From IMG/VR virus record IMGVR_UViG_2919425241_000002, positions 1 through 64,000 of that record: DNA of 64,000 bases. One strand, given 5' to 3'. The position numbers and the translations under genes were made by a program. Positions 56,389 through 64,000 of this stretch are shown here, in pieces (position 1 is the stretch's first letter; each line of letters begins with the position of its first letter). The notes beneath the pieces were generated by a model. It did not search any database. It was given only the letters and a program-made list of their open reading frames with translations, and was not told the DNA's origin. Source of the DNA: a virus. Its lineage: Duplodnaviria > Caudoviricetes.

Positions 56389-56637
56389 TTACTCACCGTC
56401 TTCCGTGAAGGATTTAAGCAGCAGCATCATGCAGTGAATGAATTCTAGTGTCTTGTCATCGTCGATCTCAGCGGACTTATTAACGATATCACTGAACATT
56501 TGAAGCATAGTGACTGGCTTGGGTATCGGATCATTCTGAACTGCATGGCGTAACAGCGAAACCAGATATGATTTGTAATCAGGTTGCAAAGCATTCACCG
56601 TTCCTCTCAACAATGAATTGCATGATATGCCAGCCAT
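56389..56637 (-). CDS. Hypothetical protein downstream of an SOS box (antirepressor candidate)
   Basis: ORF; LexA box at 56702-56715. Confidence 0.5.
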   Translation of the reverse strand: MAGISCNSLLRGTVNALQPDYKSYLVSLLRHAVQNDPIPKPVTMLQMFSDIVNKSAEIDDDKTLEFIHCMMLLLKSFTEDGE

Positions 56638-56701
56638 GTAATTTTTATTTACATACAGGGCATGCGGAAATAAACCTCTTTCAAAGAAAGATGTTTAAAT
56701 A

Positions 56702-56715
56702 CGAACGAATGTTCC
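56702..56715. promoter_or_regulatory. LexA (SOS/Cheo) box
   Basis: CGAACGAATGTTCC vs Bacillota consensus CGAAC-N4-GTTC. Confidence 0.75.
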
Positions 56716-56782
56716 GCGTTGCGATATTCTTAATATCGTAATATACTTTGTATGTAATTATAAATTGCATCGAAGATAAATC

Positions 56783-57094
56783 TTAAACGGTTGAAAAGTT
56801 TTCTTGTAACGAATGGTAGTACATTTTCGCTTCTTCTACAAGGTCGGGAAACAATTCCTCGAAAGTGCCCCCAAGATAAAAAGTGTAGATAAGAGACATA
56901 ATTAAACTTGGGTCGTTAGTGCCATTCTCAACCGAACGAATAGTCATATCTGTAACGCGAAGGTCGGATGCCATTCTGGTTTGAGTGATGTCCTTAGAAA
57001 GACGTAACTCTCGAAACCGTTGCCGCGGTTTTTGAGTTCTATCTTGTTTCTTCGGAGCTGATTTAGACCTTCTGGGAGCTCTTAGCATTTCCAT
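56783..57094 (-). CDS. Cro-like XRE HTH regulator
   Basis: LRLSKDITQTRMASDL.V....IRSVENG..DPS, EELFPD. Confidence 0.85.
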   Translation of the reverse strand: MEMLRAPRRSKSAPKKQDRTQKPRQRFRELRLSKDITQTRMASDLRVTDMTIRSVENGTNDPSLIMSLIYTFYLGGTFEELFPDLVEEAKMYYHSLQENFSTV

Positions 57095-57158
57095 TTTTCA
57101 CCTCCTGTCCTGTTTGTAAATCGAATATACCACGCATTTTAAAATTTCGCAATATAAA

Positions 57159-57183
57159 TTTATGTAATTTTGAATTACATAAA
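57159..57183. promoter_or_regulatory. Repressor operator ATGTAATT-N3-AATTACAT (related copies at 56636-56654, 56752-56770 and ~57597-57615)
   Basis: Perfect 11-bp inverted repeat between the divergent HTH genes; near-identical copies nearby. Confidence 0.75.
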
Positions 57184-57200
57184 CATGAATATAGCAAAGG

Positions 57201-57602
57201 GTGATTGTAGTGTCATTGGGCGATCGGATTAAAGAACGCAGAGCAAGACTTGATATGCTGCAAGAACAATGTGCAGATTTAGTAGGTGTAACCAGAGGGG
57301 TTTTATCATCATACGAAAGAAATGTAAGCATTCCACCAAGTGATGTTCTAGGTAGATTAGCCACTGCACTAAAAACGAGTTCAGACTTTTTACTTGGACT
57401 AACCGAAGATCCGACTCCAACTGTTAAAAGTAATGAATTACCTGATGAGGATGAAATTAAAAGAAGAAAATTTTTGATTGAGATGGAAGATATCTTGAGG
57501 AAAAGTTCTGATCTTGACGAAAAGATGATGGAGCATACTTTGCGGATTATGGAGGTTACTTTCTTGGAGAGACTTGGTGAATCGAAGAGGAAGAACAAGT
57601 AA
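57201..57602 (+). CDS. CI/ImmR-like repressor (XRE HTH, no S24 domain)
   Basis: LGDRIKERR...QEQCADLVGV....LSSYER...PP, SDFLLG; divergent from the cro-like gene. Confidence 0.88.
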   Translation: MIVVSLGDRIKERRARLDMLQEQCADLVGVTRGVLSSYERNVSIPPSDVLGRLATALKTSSDFLLGLTEDPTPTVKSNELPDEDEIKRRKFLIEMEDILRKSSDLDEKMMEHTLRIMEVTFLERLGESKRKNK

Positions 57603-57832
57603 TTTACAATTATTTTGAATACATCGTCTTCATGAAATGCAGCATTAAGTAATTTATTTTTAAAAGGTGTGTCTCCTTTAATGGAATGACTCACCTTTTT
57701 TATTAAAGAATTTTCTTGAACTAGTCTGACGTTAGCGTTAAGCTAACGGGCAGTTTAACACTATCAGTGTATGGTATAAATACCAAAAATACGATTATTG
57801 GTATGTCTTGAAAAATCAAAAAGATTGGTGGA

Positions 57833-59374
57833 ATGTTAATGGGTTTTTTCGAAAAAATTCGAAATATATTTTCGGATGAAATTGGCTACAGGAATAATTC
57901 ATATCATACTAAAGGAGTAAGTGATAAGAAAATAATGGTGCCTAGAGATAATGACCACTTAGAGGTACTCAATATTGGTAGCAAAACAATTATCATGATT
58001 TACGGCTCTTATAGTAATGATAACAAAAGTAAATGTTGGATTGAAGGAAATTTGCAAGACGGGGAATGGGTGGATGCGGTAATTATGGAGCATACTGTAT
58101 TCCAACCAGATAAAGACCTTTGGACCCGCCCTCCCATTAAAGGTCAAATAGGAACATATAATGGGGGATGGAAAAATAATAAATTTCATGGGTATGGTGT
58201 CCTTGAGACAACCGATATTCGAGCATTGTATAGAAAATTTTACGATTTTCTTAAATTAGAACCAGGGGAAAAAACTAATCTTTTGGGGGATCACGGAAGT
58301 AATTCGGGTGCTCTTTTCCTACTTACCAAATACGAAGGAAACTTTATAGACGGAATATTTAATGGTGAAGGAAAAGCCTATTACGGTAGGAGAACATATG
58401 ATAAAGTTATTACCCAATTGTTATATGAAGGCGAATTTCAGTATGGAGTACGCAATGGGATTGGAAAAACATTTTATGACGACGGCTTAGTTCAATATGA
58501 AGGGCAATGGCTTCAAGGAAATATAGAAGGTAAAGGTGTATACAGGCTTAGAGCCGGAGATTTACTTTCGGGTAACTTTAAAAAAAATAGTTTTATTGAT
58601 AAAAAGAACAACCGTTTATTAAAAGTTATTGATTCGCCTTCAGTATCAGGTTCAGGTTGTACTATTATTTATGAGGGCGGCATAAAAGACGGAAAACGGA
58701 ATGGTCGGGGGAAAGAATACGATAACGGTCATGTAATATATGATGGATACTGGCTTAACGATAAAAGGCACGGTCATGGTAGTTCTTTCAGAGTTATTGA
58801 TTATTATGATAAAGCAAGGTCAGTGAAAGAATATTGTGGGGAATGGGTAGAAGATAAAAAAAGCGGTGTTGGAACATCTTTTTTTGAGGATGGGAATATA
58901 GCATATCAAGGGCAATGGCAAAATGATTCCTTTCATGGGTCTGGTGTCTCATATAATCCTGAGAAAGATTGGGGTTATTACGGACATAAACTTTCCTATA
59001 GTGGGGGGTACCATTACGGTCTTTATCATGGACTTGGCACCCTCTATACACGTCAAGGTAAATTTGAAGGGGAGTTTGAAAACCATAATATTGTCGAAAA
59101 TAAGGGGAAATGGATTTATTACCTCAGTCATGTAAAAGACTTTAACAAAGACAGAGGATTTGGTTTTATTCTGAAACATACTGAGTTGGTAGCTGGTAAA
59201 ACTCCTAATCTTAAGGAGGATATATTTTTTCACATTAGCGATTTTCAGGGAAATGCAGAAGAAAGGTTCTCTTTAATAAATGGGGAATCGACTCGAGTGA
59301 GGTTTGAGTTGGCATATGATAGTACAAAGGGTCCAAGAGCCGTTAGAGTTTCATTACATAAAATTAGCCAGTGA
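57833..59374 (+). CDS. MORN-repeat protein with C-terminal cold-shock (OB) domain
   Basis: Many YEGxW/FxxGxxxGxG repeats; VKDFNKDRGFGFI, DIFFHISDF, KGPRAVRV. Confidence 0.85.
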   Translation: MLMGFFEKIRNIFSDEIGYRNNSYHTKGVSDKKIMVPRDNDHLEVLNIGSKTIIMIYGSYSNDNKSKCWIEGNLQDGEWVDAVIMEHTVFQPDKDLWTRPPIKGQIGTYNGGWKNNKFHGYGVLETTDIRALYRKFYDFLKLEPGEKTNLLGDHGSNSGALFLLTKYEGNFIDGIFNGEGKAYYGRRTYDKVITQLLYEGEFQYGVRNGIGKTFYDDGLVQYEGQWLQGNIEGKGVYRLRAGDLLSGNFKKNSFIDKKNNRLLKVIDSPSVSGSGCTIIYEGGIKDGKRNGRGKEYDNGHVIYDGYWLNDKRHGHGSSFRVIDYYDKARSVKEYCGEWVEDKKSGVGTSFFEDGNIAYQGQWQNDSFHGSGVSYNPEKDWGYYGHKLSYSGGYHYGLYHGLGTLYTRQGKFEGEFENHNIVENKGKWIYYLSHVKDFNKDRGFGFILKHTELVAGKTPNLKEDIFFHISDFQGNAEERFSLINGESTRVRFELAYDSTKGPRAVRVSLHKISQ

Positions 59375-59451
59375 TATAGCAACATAGCGAAAATGTTTTT
59401 TTATAGTCCTGATTATAAAACTAACGAGGAACGTTAGTTCAATGACAAGCA

Positions 59452-59477
59452 AAACCCACCAACAAATGGTGGGTTTT
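59452..59477. terminator. Bidirectional terminator
   Basis: AAAACCCACCA-N-TGGTGGGTTTT. Confidence 0.7.
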
Positions 59478-59541
59478 GTAAATTACGTCATCAAGGAAAA
59501 CATAAAATAAAATCACTGTTCAATTAAAGCAAAATAATAGT

Positions 59542-59805
59542 TCAATAACGCATAGGAAGTAAATCGTTTATGGTTAAAACCTTTGTCATACCTTTTTGGC
59601 TACTGTTGTGGTGTTTCATAAGTATAACTAAAGCCCTGTCACACATTTCATGATCTTCCTCAAGATTGTTAAGAAATATCTGGTAACAACCACTGCAAAT
59701 TTCATTATATATTCCGCAGATATTCCCAAGTGGCAGTTGAAGAACATTTACGTTTTGAAGTACTGCCATGTTAATTGATGCATTAATCTTCTTCTCTTTG
59801 TGCAT
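59542..59805 (-). CDS. Small protein weakly reminiscent of the ImmA/IrrE N-terminus, lacking HExxH
   Basis: LPL..ICGIY, IFLNNL; AGGGG SD; LexA-like box AGAACATTCGTTTG at 59870-59883. Confidence 0.5.
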   Translation of the reverse strand: MHKEKKINASINMAVLQNVNVLQLPLGNICGIYNEICSGCYQIFLNNLEEDHEMCDRALVILMKHHNSSQKGMTKVLTINDLLPMRY

Positions 59806-59880
59806 AATTCATCCCCTGGTATGTATTTTTTTCGGCAATAAACGTATACAAGCTCCCCTTCAATATAACAGAACATTCGT

Positions 59881-60176
59881 TTGCATAAATGTCATAATCC
59901 GGTCAAAATTAGCTTCTTACAGCATTACGCGGTAAGCTTGGGTTTATCGGAGTTATGGGCATTGGTGATTATCTCGGTGATTTTCTGTGTTGGACACTTT
60001 ATGCAGGGATTAAGTGGTATAATCAGTTCAACGATATTCGGGCTATCACGGGGTATTTGTATTTCACAACAGGCAGCTTATTTATTCCGATCATCCTTCA
60101 CATTCTATACGATGCAAAAGCAATATATATAACGATAATTCTTCAAAAAGAAAAGAGGGGAAGTTGGATTGTCTAA
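59881..60176 (+). pseudogene. Frameshifted remnant of a CPBP/Abi (CAAX) intramembrane protease
   Basis: SVIFCVGHFMQG in one frame and GYLYFTTGSLFIPIILHILYD in another; N-terminus absent. Confidence 0.7.
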
Positions 60177-61161
60177 GCTTTGCTCAAAACACCGTGAAGA
60201 GCTGTTCGAGAAAATCGAGAACAACAAAATCGTGGCGTTCTGCGTGGATTGTGAGATCGACCGCATCTATAAGACAGAAGAACTGAAACACCGCGCTACT
60301 TTTCAAAGCATAAAAGGTGAAAACATTGCCATCATGAGAAAATACAAAGACAGTTTCGCTTCAGAACGCGTCAAATACCTAGCGAAGAAATTTCTACGTG
60401 TTTTGTTGTTTACTGGGTTATCATTTATTTTGATAGGCTGGTTCTTTTCATTTCTTATAAGTCTTTCACTCGCGCTTGCGGAAGGTTTATTGCATCGATT
60501 TTTCACCTTTACAGCTTCATTTGACAGTAGTTTGTTAGGTGCTGATTATTGGATATCAGCAGGCATTTATTTTTTGATTGTGTTTATTTTTTATTGGCGT
60601 CAAGATGAAACTAAAATGCTCCAACCGCAACTGATTCCCGAACCCATCCCTCCTGTTCGAGAGCAAATAGAGAATCGTGTTTTAGACGAGGCAGAAAGGC
60701 AAATTTCAGAGGTTACGAAATACAAAAAGCGGATTCTCGAAGAATACTTGCTGGTGGCTTCCGACATCCAAGAGGTAGACCAAATGGAAGGCGTGGAATT
60801 TGAGCATTTTTTAGCGGATATATTCCGACGCAAAGGGTACAATGTGCAATTAACGCCGGCCAGCGGCGACGACGGCGTGGACTTAATCATCGAGAAAGCA
60901 AGAAGAAAAATCGCCGTCCAATGCAAACGATATAGCGGGACGGTTGGCGTATCAGCCGTCCAGGAAGTGTTTGCGGGTAAATCCTTCTATGATTGCGATG
61001 AGGCTATGGTGGTCACGAACTCCACCTTAACGGCACCTGCCGTCAAGACAGCGCGGAAACTCGGCGTGACACTCTGGGACCGAAGCCGTTTGATTGATGT
61101 GCTGGCGGAAACGCAGACGTCAATCGAATGGGACGATTATCTAAAACGTTATTATGCATAA
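60169..61161 (+). CDS. Membrane-anchored Mrr-like restriction endonuclease domain protein
   Basis: CSKH...CVDC, TM helices, EFEHFL, SGDDGVDL, VQCKRY, AVQE. Confidence 0.85.
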   Translation: MSKLCSKHREELFEKIENNKIVAFCVDCEIDRIYKTEELKHRATFQSIKGENIAIMRKYKDSFASERVKYLAKKFLRVLLFTGLSFILIGWFFSFLISLSLALAEGLLHRFFTFTASFDSSLLGADYWISAGIYFLIVFIFYWRQDETKMLQPQLIPEPIPPVREQIENRVLDEAERQISEVTKYKKRILEEYLLVASDIQEVDQMEGVEFEHFLADIFRRKGYNVQLTPASGDDGVDLIIEKARRKIAVQCKRYSGTVGVSAVQEVFAGKSFYDCDEAMVVTNSTLTAPAVKTARKLGVTLWDRSRLIDVLAETQTSIEWDDYLKRYYA

Positions 61162-61263
61162 GAAAAAACAATAGACAAGTTTGGAAGAAGATGTTAATAT
61201 GTTTTCGTACCGGAAGCACCGGACAATGCGAAAGCCCGAGGGAAAGAATCCCCGGGCTTTTAT

Positions 61264-61410
61264 TTATTCTTCATCAATTAGAAGGTAGGCTTGCAATGTC
61301 GTATCAAAAATTACAACCTGTCCTGCATCGTTGTAGTCCATATCATTCACATCTAAGTGACTAAGTATCTTCTCTTTGCCGGTCTCCATGTGTCTTACAC
61401 GATACTCCAT
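61264..61410 (-). CDS. 48-aa acidic protein (MEYRVRHMETGKEKIL...)
   Basis: GGGGATG SD right after the ligase stop; terminator follows. Confidence 0.5.
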   Translation of the reverse strand: MEYRVRHMETGKEKILSHLDVNDMDYNDAGQVVIFDTTLQAYLLIDEE

Positions 61411-61422
61411 ATAATTCATCCC

Positions 61423-62268
61423 CTATACAATAAACTCCTCAAACACCGGCAAACGCATCGCCCCTGATTTATACCAATCGCGATATTTTACTTTGCAGCG
61501 TACAACCGGCTTCACATAAACATGATCCTTGCTCTCACCACTCTTAAACGACTGAAACACAGGCCACATTGATTCACGAGCAGACTGAGTGATTCCGAGC
61601 TCCATAGTGCCGATCGGCCGTATACGTTCTCCTTCCGGATATCCAAGCAACCAAGAGTATTCCTTCTTGCTGTACCCAGTTATGTAGACCTCGGCATTCT
61701 GATAATTGATTACCTTTTGCCACGACCAAGAACGCGTTCCCTTTTCATACCTCGAGTCTTTCTTCTTAATCACAATACCTTCGAGCCCATGCTGACATAC
61801 GATCTTAAAGAAATCCTTTGCACTACCTTTTATCGGTCGAACAATTCTATAATGCTCTGTCTCCTCAAGTGTCTCTTCAAGCAATTTCTTACGTTGTACT
61901 AACGGCAATCCAGTCACATCTATGCCGCGGTGGTACAAGATATCAAAAGCCATAAATACAACGGGTTTACGCCTCTTGCTGGATCTGAATCCTGCGTTCG
62001 TTGATTCAAAGTCTGCACGCCCGAGTTCATCAAGAACTACAATTTCACCATCCAATATCGTTCCCTTCGGAATTGGCGGATTGTGCAGCTCGGGGTATTT
62101 CACTGTTGCATTGGTGTTCTTTGTATATAAGTTGAGTTCATCCATATTAGAAACTATCAATCGAATGCCGTCCCACTTCAGTTCTGCTAATGTGGAAATT
62201 CCATCAAACGGTTCATTGTTTTTGGCATATTGGAGAAGCATTGGAGGAATAAACATTATCTTCATCAC
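61423..62268 (-). CDS. ATP-dependent DNA ligase (LigD-like ligase domain)
   Basis: PPMLL, ELKWDGIR, LDGEIV, AFDIL, EGIVIK, MRLPVF. Confidence 0.92.
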   Translation of the reverse strand: MMKIMFIPPMLLQYAKNNEPFDGISTLAELKWDGIRLIVSNMDELNLYTKNTNATVKYPELHNPPIPKGTILDGEIVVLDELGRADFESTNAGFRSSKRRKPVVFMAFDILYHRGIDVTGLPLVQRKKLLEETLEETEHYRIVRPIKGSAKDFFKIVCQHGLEGIVIKKKDSRYEKGTRSWSWQKVINYQNAEVYITGYSKKEYSWLLGYPEGERIRPIGTMELGITQSARESMWPVFQSFKSGESKDHVYVKPVVRCKVKYRDWYKSGAMRLPVFEEFIV

Positions 62269-62373
62269 CCATAATAATCGTACACCTTAGAGCTATACAT
62301 GACTATTGGTACTTGAAGGAAAAAGCCCGAGTCCTCTTTCCTCGGGCTTTCACACGTTGCATTTTGCTTTATT

Positions 62374-63045
62374 TTATTCAACCTTGTTAGTAACAACAGC
62401 GAGCTGAGTTGTTTTACCTCCAAGCTTATTCTCCACTTCCACATGACCTACAGGATATGCGACTAATGTTAGTTGATTCCCTACCTTCAGTTTTCCACTT
62501 GCGACTGTAGAAAATAAATCAATGATAGTACCATCCGTAGCAGTGAAAACAACTTGTGAAAGTACTCCAGATTTAACAAAATCGCTACCAGGAGGATAGT
62601 CTTGCACGATGCCAATTGTACCTGTAAATTTAATCGGTTTGCCATAGTAATTCCATGGGGTCTTTAATACATCCTCAGCTGGAACTTCAGCTCCCTGAGG
62701 TATATCGCCAGTTGCTTTCAGCATTTTAACCCCAAGTGCTAAGTTACCATTTTTGTCTGCGTGCAGATCCTTAACATTCCAAGTAGGGTTTTTATCTTTT
62801 TCTTCTTCTGACTTTACTGTGACTGCATCCTTGTTTTGCGATAATGCAGGTTCACTGTCTGTCTTAGGTGCGCTAACTCCGACAAGTATGAAACATGCGA
62901 TCATACCCAGAATGTAGGTGAGCAACACCTTCCCTCGAGTCTTTTTTTCTGCCTTCCCCCAAAAAATAACGGCTTTCGGTTTAATCAACCCAACAATAAT
63001 TGCGATAAAACAAACGAATAATAATAGTGTAAAAAAACCGACCAA
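62374..63045 (-). CDS. Membrane protein with extracellular OB-fold-like domain
   Basis: Two N-terminal TM helices; KTPWNYYGKPIKFTG. Confidence 0.65.
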   Translation of the reverse strand: MVGFFTLLLFVCFIAIIVGLIKPKAVIFWGKAEKKTRGKVLLTYILGMIACFILVGVSAPKTDSEPALSQNKDAVTVKSEEEKDKNPTWNVKDLHADKNGNLALGVKMLKATGDIPQGAEVPAEDVLKTPWNYYGKPIKFTGTIGIVQDYPPGSDFVKSGVLSQVVFTATDGTIIDLFSTVASGKLKVGNQLTLVAYPVGHVEVENKLGGKTTQLAVVTNKVE

Positions 63046-63150
63046 CCCAATCTCCTCCTGATTTCCTAAATCTAACTTTATCTAATACTTCAACGTATTC
63101 CGAACAATTCCTTTTAGAATCAACTTAAGTCGAATAAGCTTTTCATCTCT

Positions 63151-63807
63151 TTATTGCAACTCCATGACACTAGAAATGACCTTCAATTCCCGATTTGCGA
63201 TATTCAAACCCTCGATATTCTTCTGAGTGGAGATCACATATAAGTGAGGCATAATTGCGCTGGAGCTTGCTCCTGACCGCCAATTTTGAAACTCTGCTGA
63301 TTTATAAGCCTCCTCAAAAAACGAATTATAAACAGAGAATTTACTTTGCCACTGCTTCACACTTAAAGGTGTTCTCTGGACCTCCACACAACCCAACTTC
63401 TTTTTCCCTTCTGGCGTCACAAAAGCAAATACGGCATCTGGATTCCACACTAACGACCTGCCTGCAAAACTGAACTCCTGCTTGTATTCGTAGAGCCATT
63501 GAAACGGCTGCAAGGTGAAATATATCTCCCCAACTTCCAAAGCGTGCTCAACGTGCTCACACGGCAGCCTAGACCCATTCATCATCTGCAGGCCCTTTCG
63601 TGTTAGACGCCATATTTTTGCGCGTCTGTGCCATTCCCATTCGATTAGTTTTTCCTGAAGCAGTTCCTGAAGGTTCTGTGAAGCTTTCTTTAGTGGGCTG
63701 GAATTTAAGTTGAACAGTTTTGCTATCTGATCCGTGCGAGCTATTGGAACTTGTGAAAGAGCCTTCAGTATAATTTCTTTCTTTGTTGGTGCGCTCAGAG
63801 TTGCCAT
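63151..63807 (-). CDS. Replication-relaxation family protein
   Basis: wHTH N-terminus, EHAL, PDAVF, VEVQR, K...Y. Confidence 0.8.
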   Translation of the reverse strand: MATLSAPTKKEIILKALSQVPIARTDQIAKLFNLNSSPLKKASQNLQELLQEKLIEWEWHRRAKIWRLTRKGLQMMNGSRLPCEHVEHALEVGEIYFTLQPFQWLYEYKQEFSFAGRSLVWNPDAVFAFVTPEGKKKLGCVEVQRTPLSVKQWQSKFSVYNSFFEEAYKSAEFQNWRSGASSSAIMPHLYVISTQKNIEGLNIANRELKVISSVMELQ

Positions 63808-64000
63808 TCTCGATGATCATTCCTTTCTTGAGTGGCGCCAACAATCTCTCCCACTCTCTATCGCCGCCAATGTATGGAGTCTGAACTAAAATATCTTCCC
63901 CGTGGGAATAGATGCAACGCCCCTTATCCTTAGGATTAATCTTCTCAGCTCCAGGACGATCAATGATAATTTGGGACCCGAAGTGATCCTTAGTTCGGAA
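63569..64000 (-). CDS. FtsK/SpoIIIE-like ATPase, C-terminal part (runs off the window)
   Basis: Frame from 64000 reads FRTKD..GSQIIIDRPGAEKI...KGRCIY...LVQTPYI. Confidence 0.75.
   Translation of the reverse strand, partial: FRTKDHFGSQIIIDRPGAEKINPKDKGRCIYSHGEDILVQTPYIGGDREWERLLAPLKKGMIIENGNSERTNKERNYTEGSFTSSNSSHGSDSKTVQLKFQPTKESFTEPSGTASGKTNRMGMAQTRKNMASNTKGPADDEWV

Larger units (their letters stand above)
38588..64000 (-). mobile_element. Prophage segment B (serine recombinase, early/replication, immunity genes); right end outside the window
   Basis: Recombinase abuts the gerE break; ArpU, replication genes, CI/Cro, Rep-relax/FtsK. Confidence 0.85.

Noticed and set aside
57098-57694. 198-aa minus-strand ORF over the repressor
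   Set aside because: Antisense to a clear XRE repressor and its operator region; Ser/Leu/Phe-biased composition
1-64000. tRNA, tmRNA or rRNA genes; group I/II introns or inteins in terL, dnaB or capsid
   Set aside because: No cloverleaf or T-loop motifs noticed in intergenic regions; these proteins have continuous motifs without intein-like inserts (visual check only)

Overview
The window is almost entirely temperate-phage DNA from a spore-forming Bacillota host. Paenibacillaceae is inferred from the GerE fragment sequence and gene content. The left part (1-38440) holds a three-gene TIR cassette and, on the minus strand, a complete myovirus morphogenesis and lysis module: terminases, a portal-MuF fusion, a protease-scaffold-capsid polyprotein, sheath/tube/tape measure, baseplate, FN3 and SGNH tail proteins, a papain-family protease, holin and endolysin. 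It also has a resolvase, accessory genes and a tyrosine integrase. The right part (38588-64000) holds a large serine recombinase, an ArpU-type late activator, replication/recombination genes with iterons, a CI/Cro-like switch and accessory cassettes. Between the two recombinases sits only a 147-bp, 49-codon piece of the sporulation regulator gene gerE. It appears cut at both ends: at the 5' end by the tyrosine-integrase element and after ...HISNV by the serine-recombinase element. The window is therefore either two prophages stacked in one gerE gene or one chimeric phage carrying a gerE piece. Other notable items are a TIR / transmembrane protein / coiled-coil-TIR defence candidate, a capsid polyprotein with a Prp motif and eight (I/L)TD putative cleavage sites, repeat-bounded micro-cassettes with sporulation-type promoters and paralogous small RNAs, and a pseudoknotted RNA candidate. 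All calls come from motif recognition by eye; no database searches were run.
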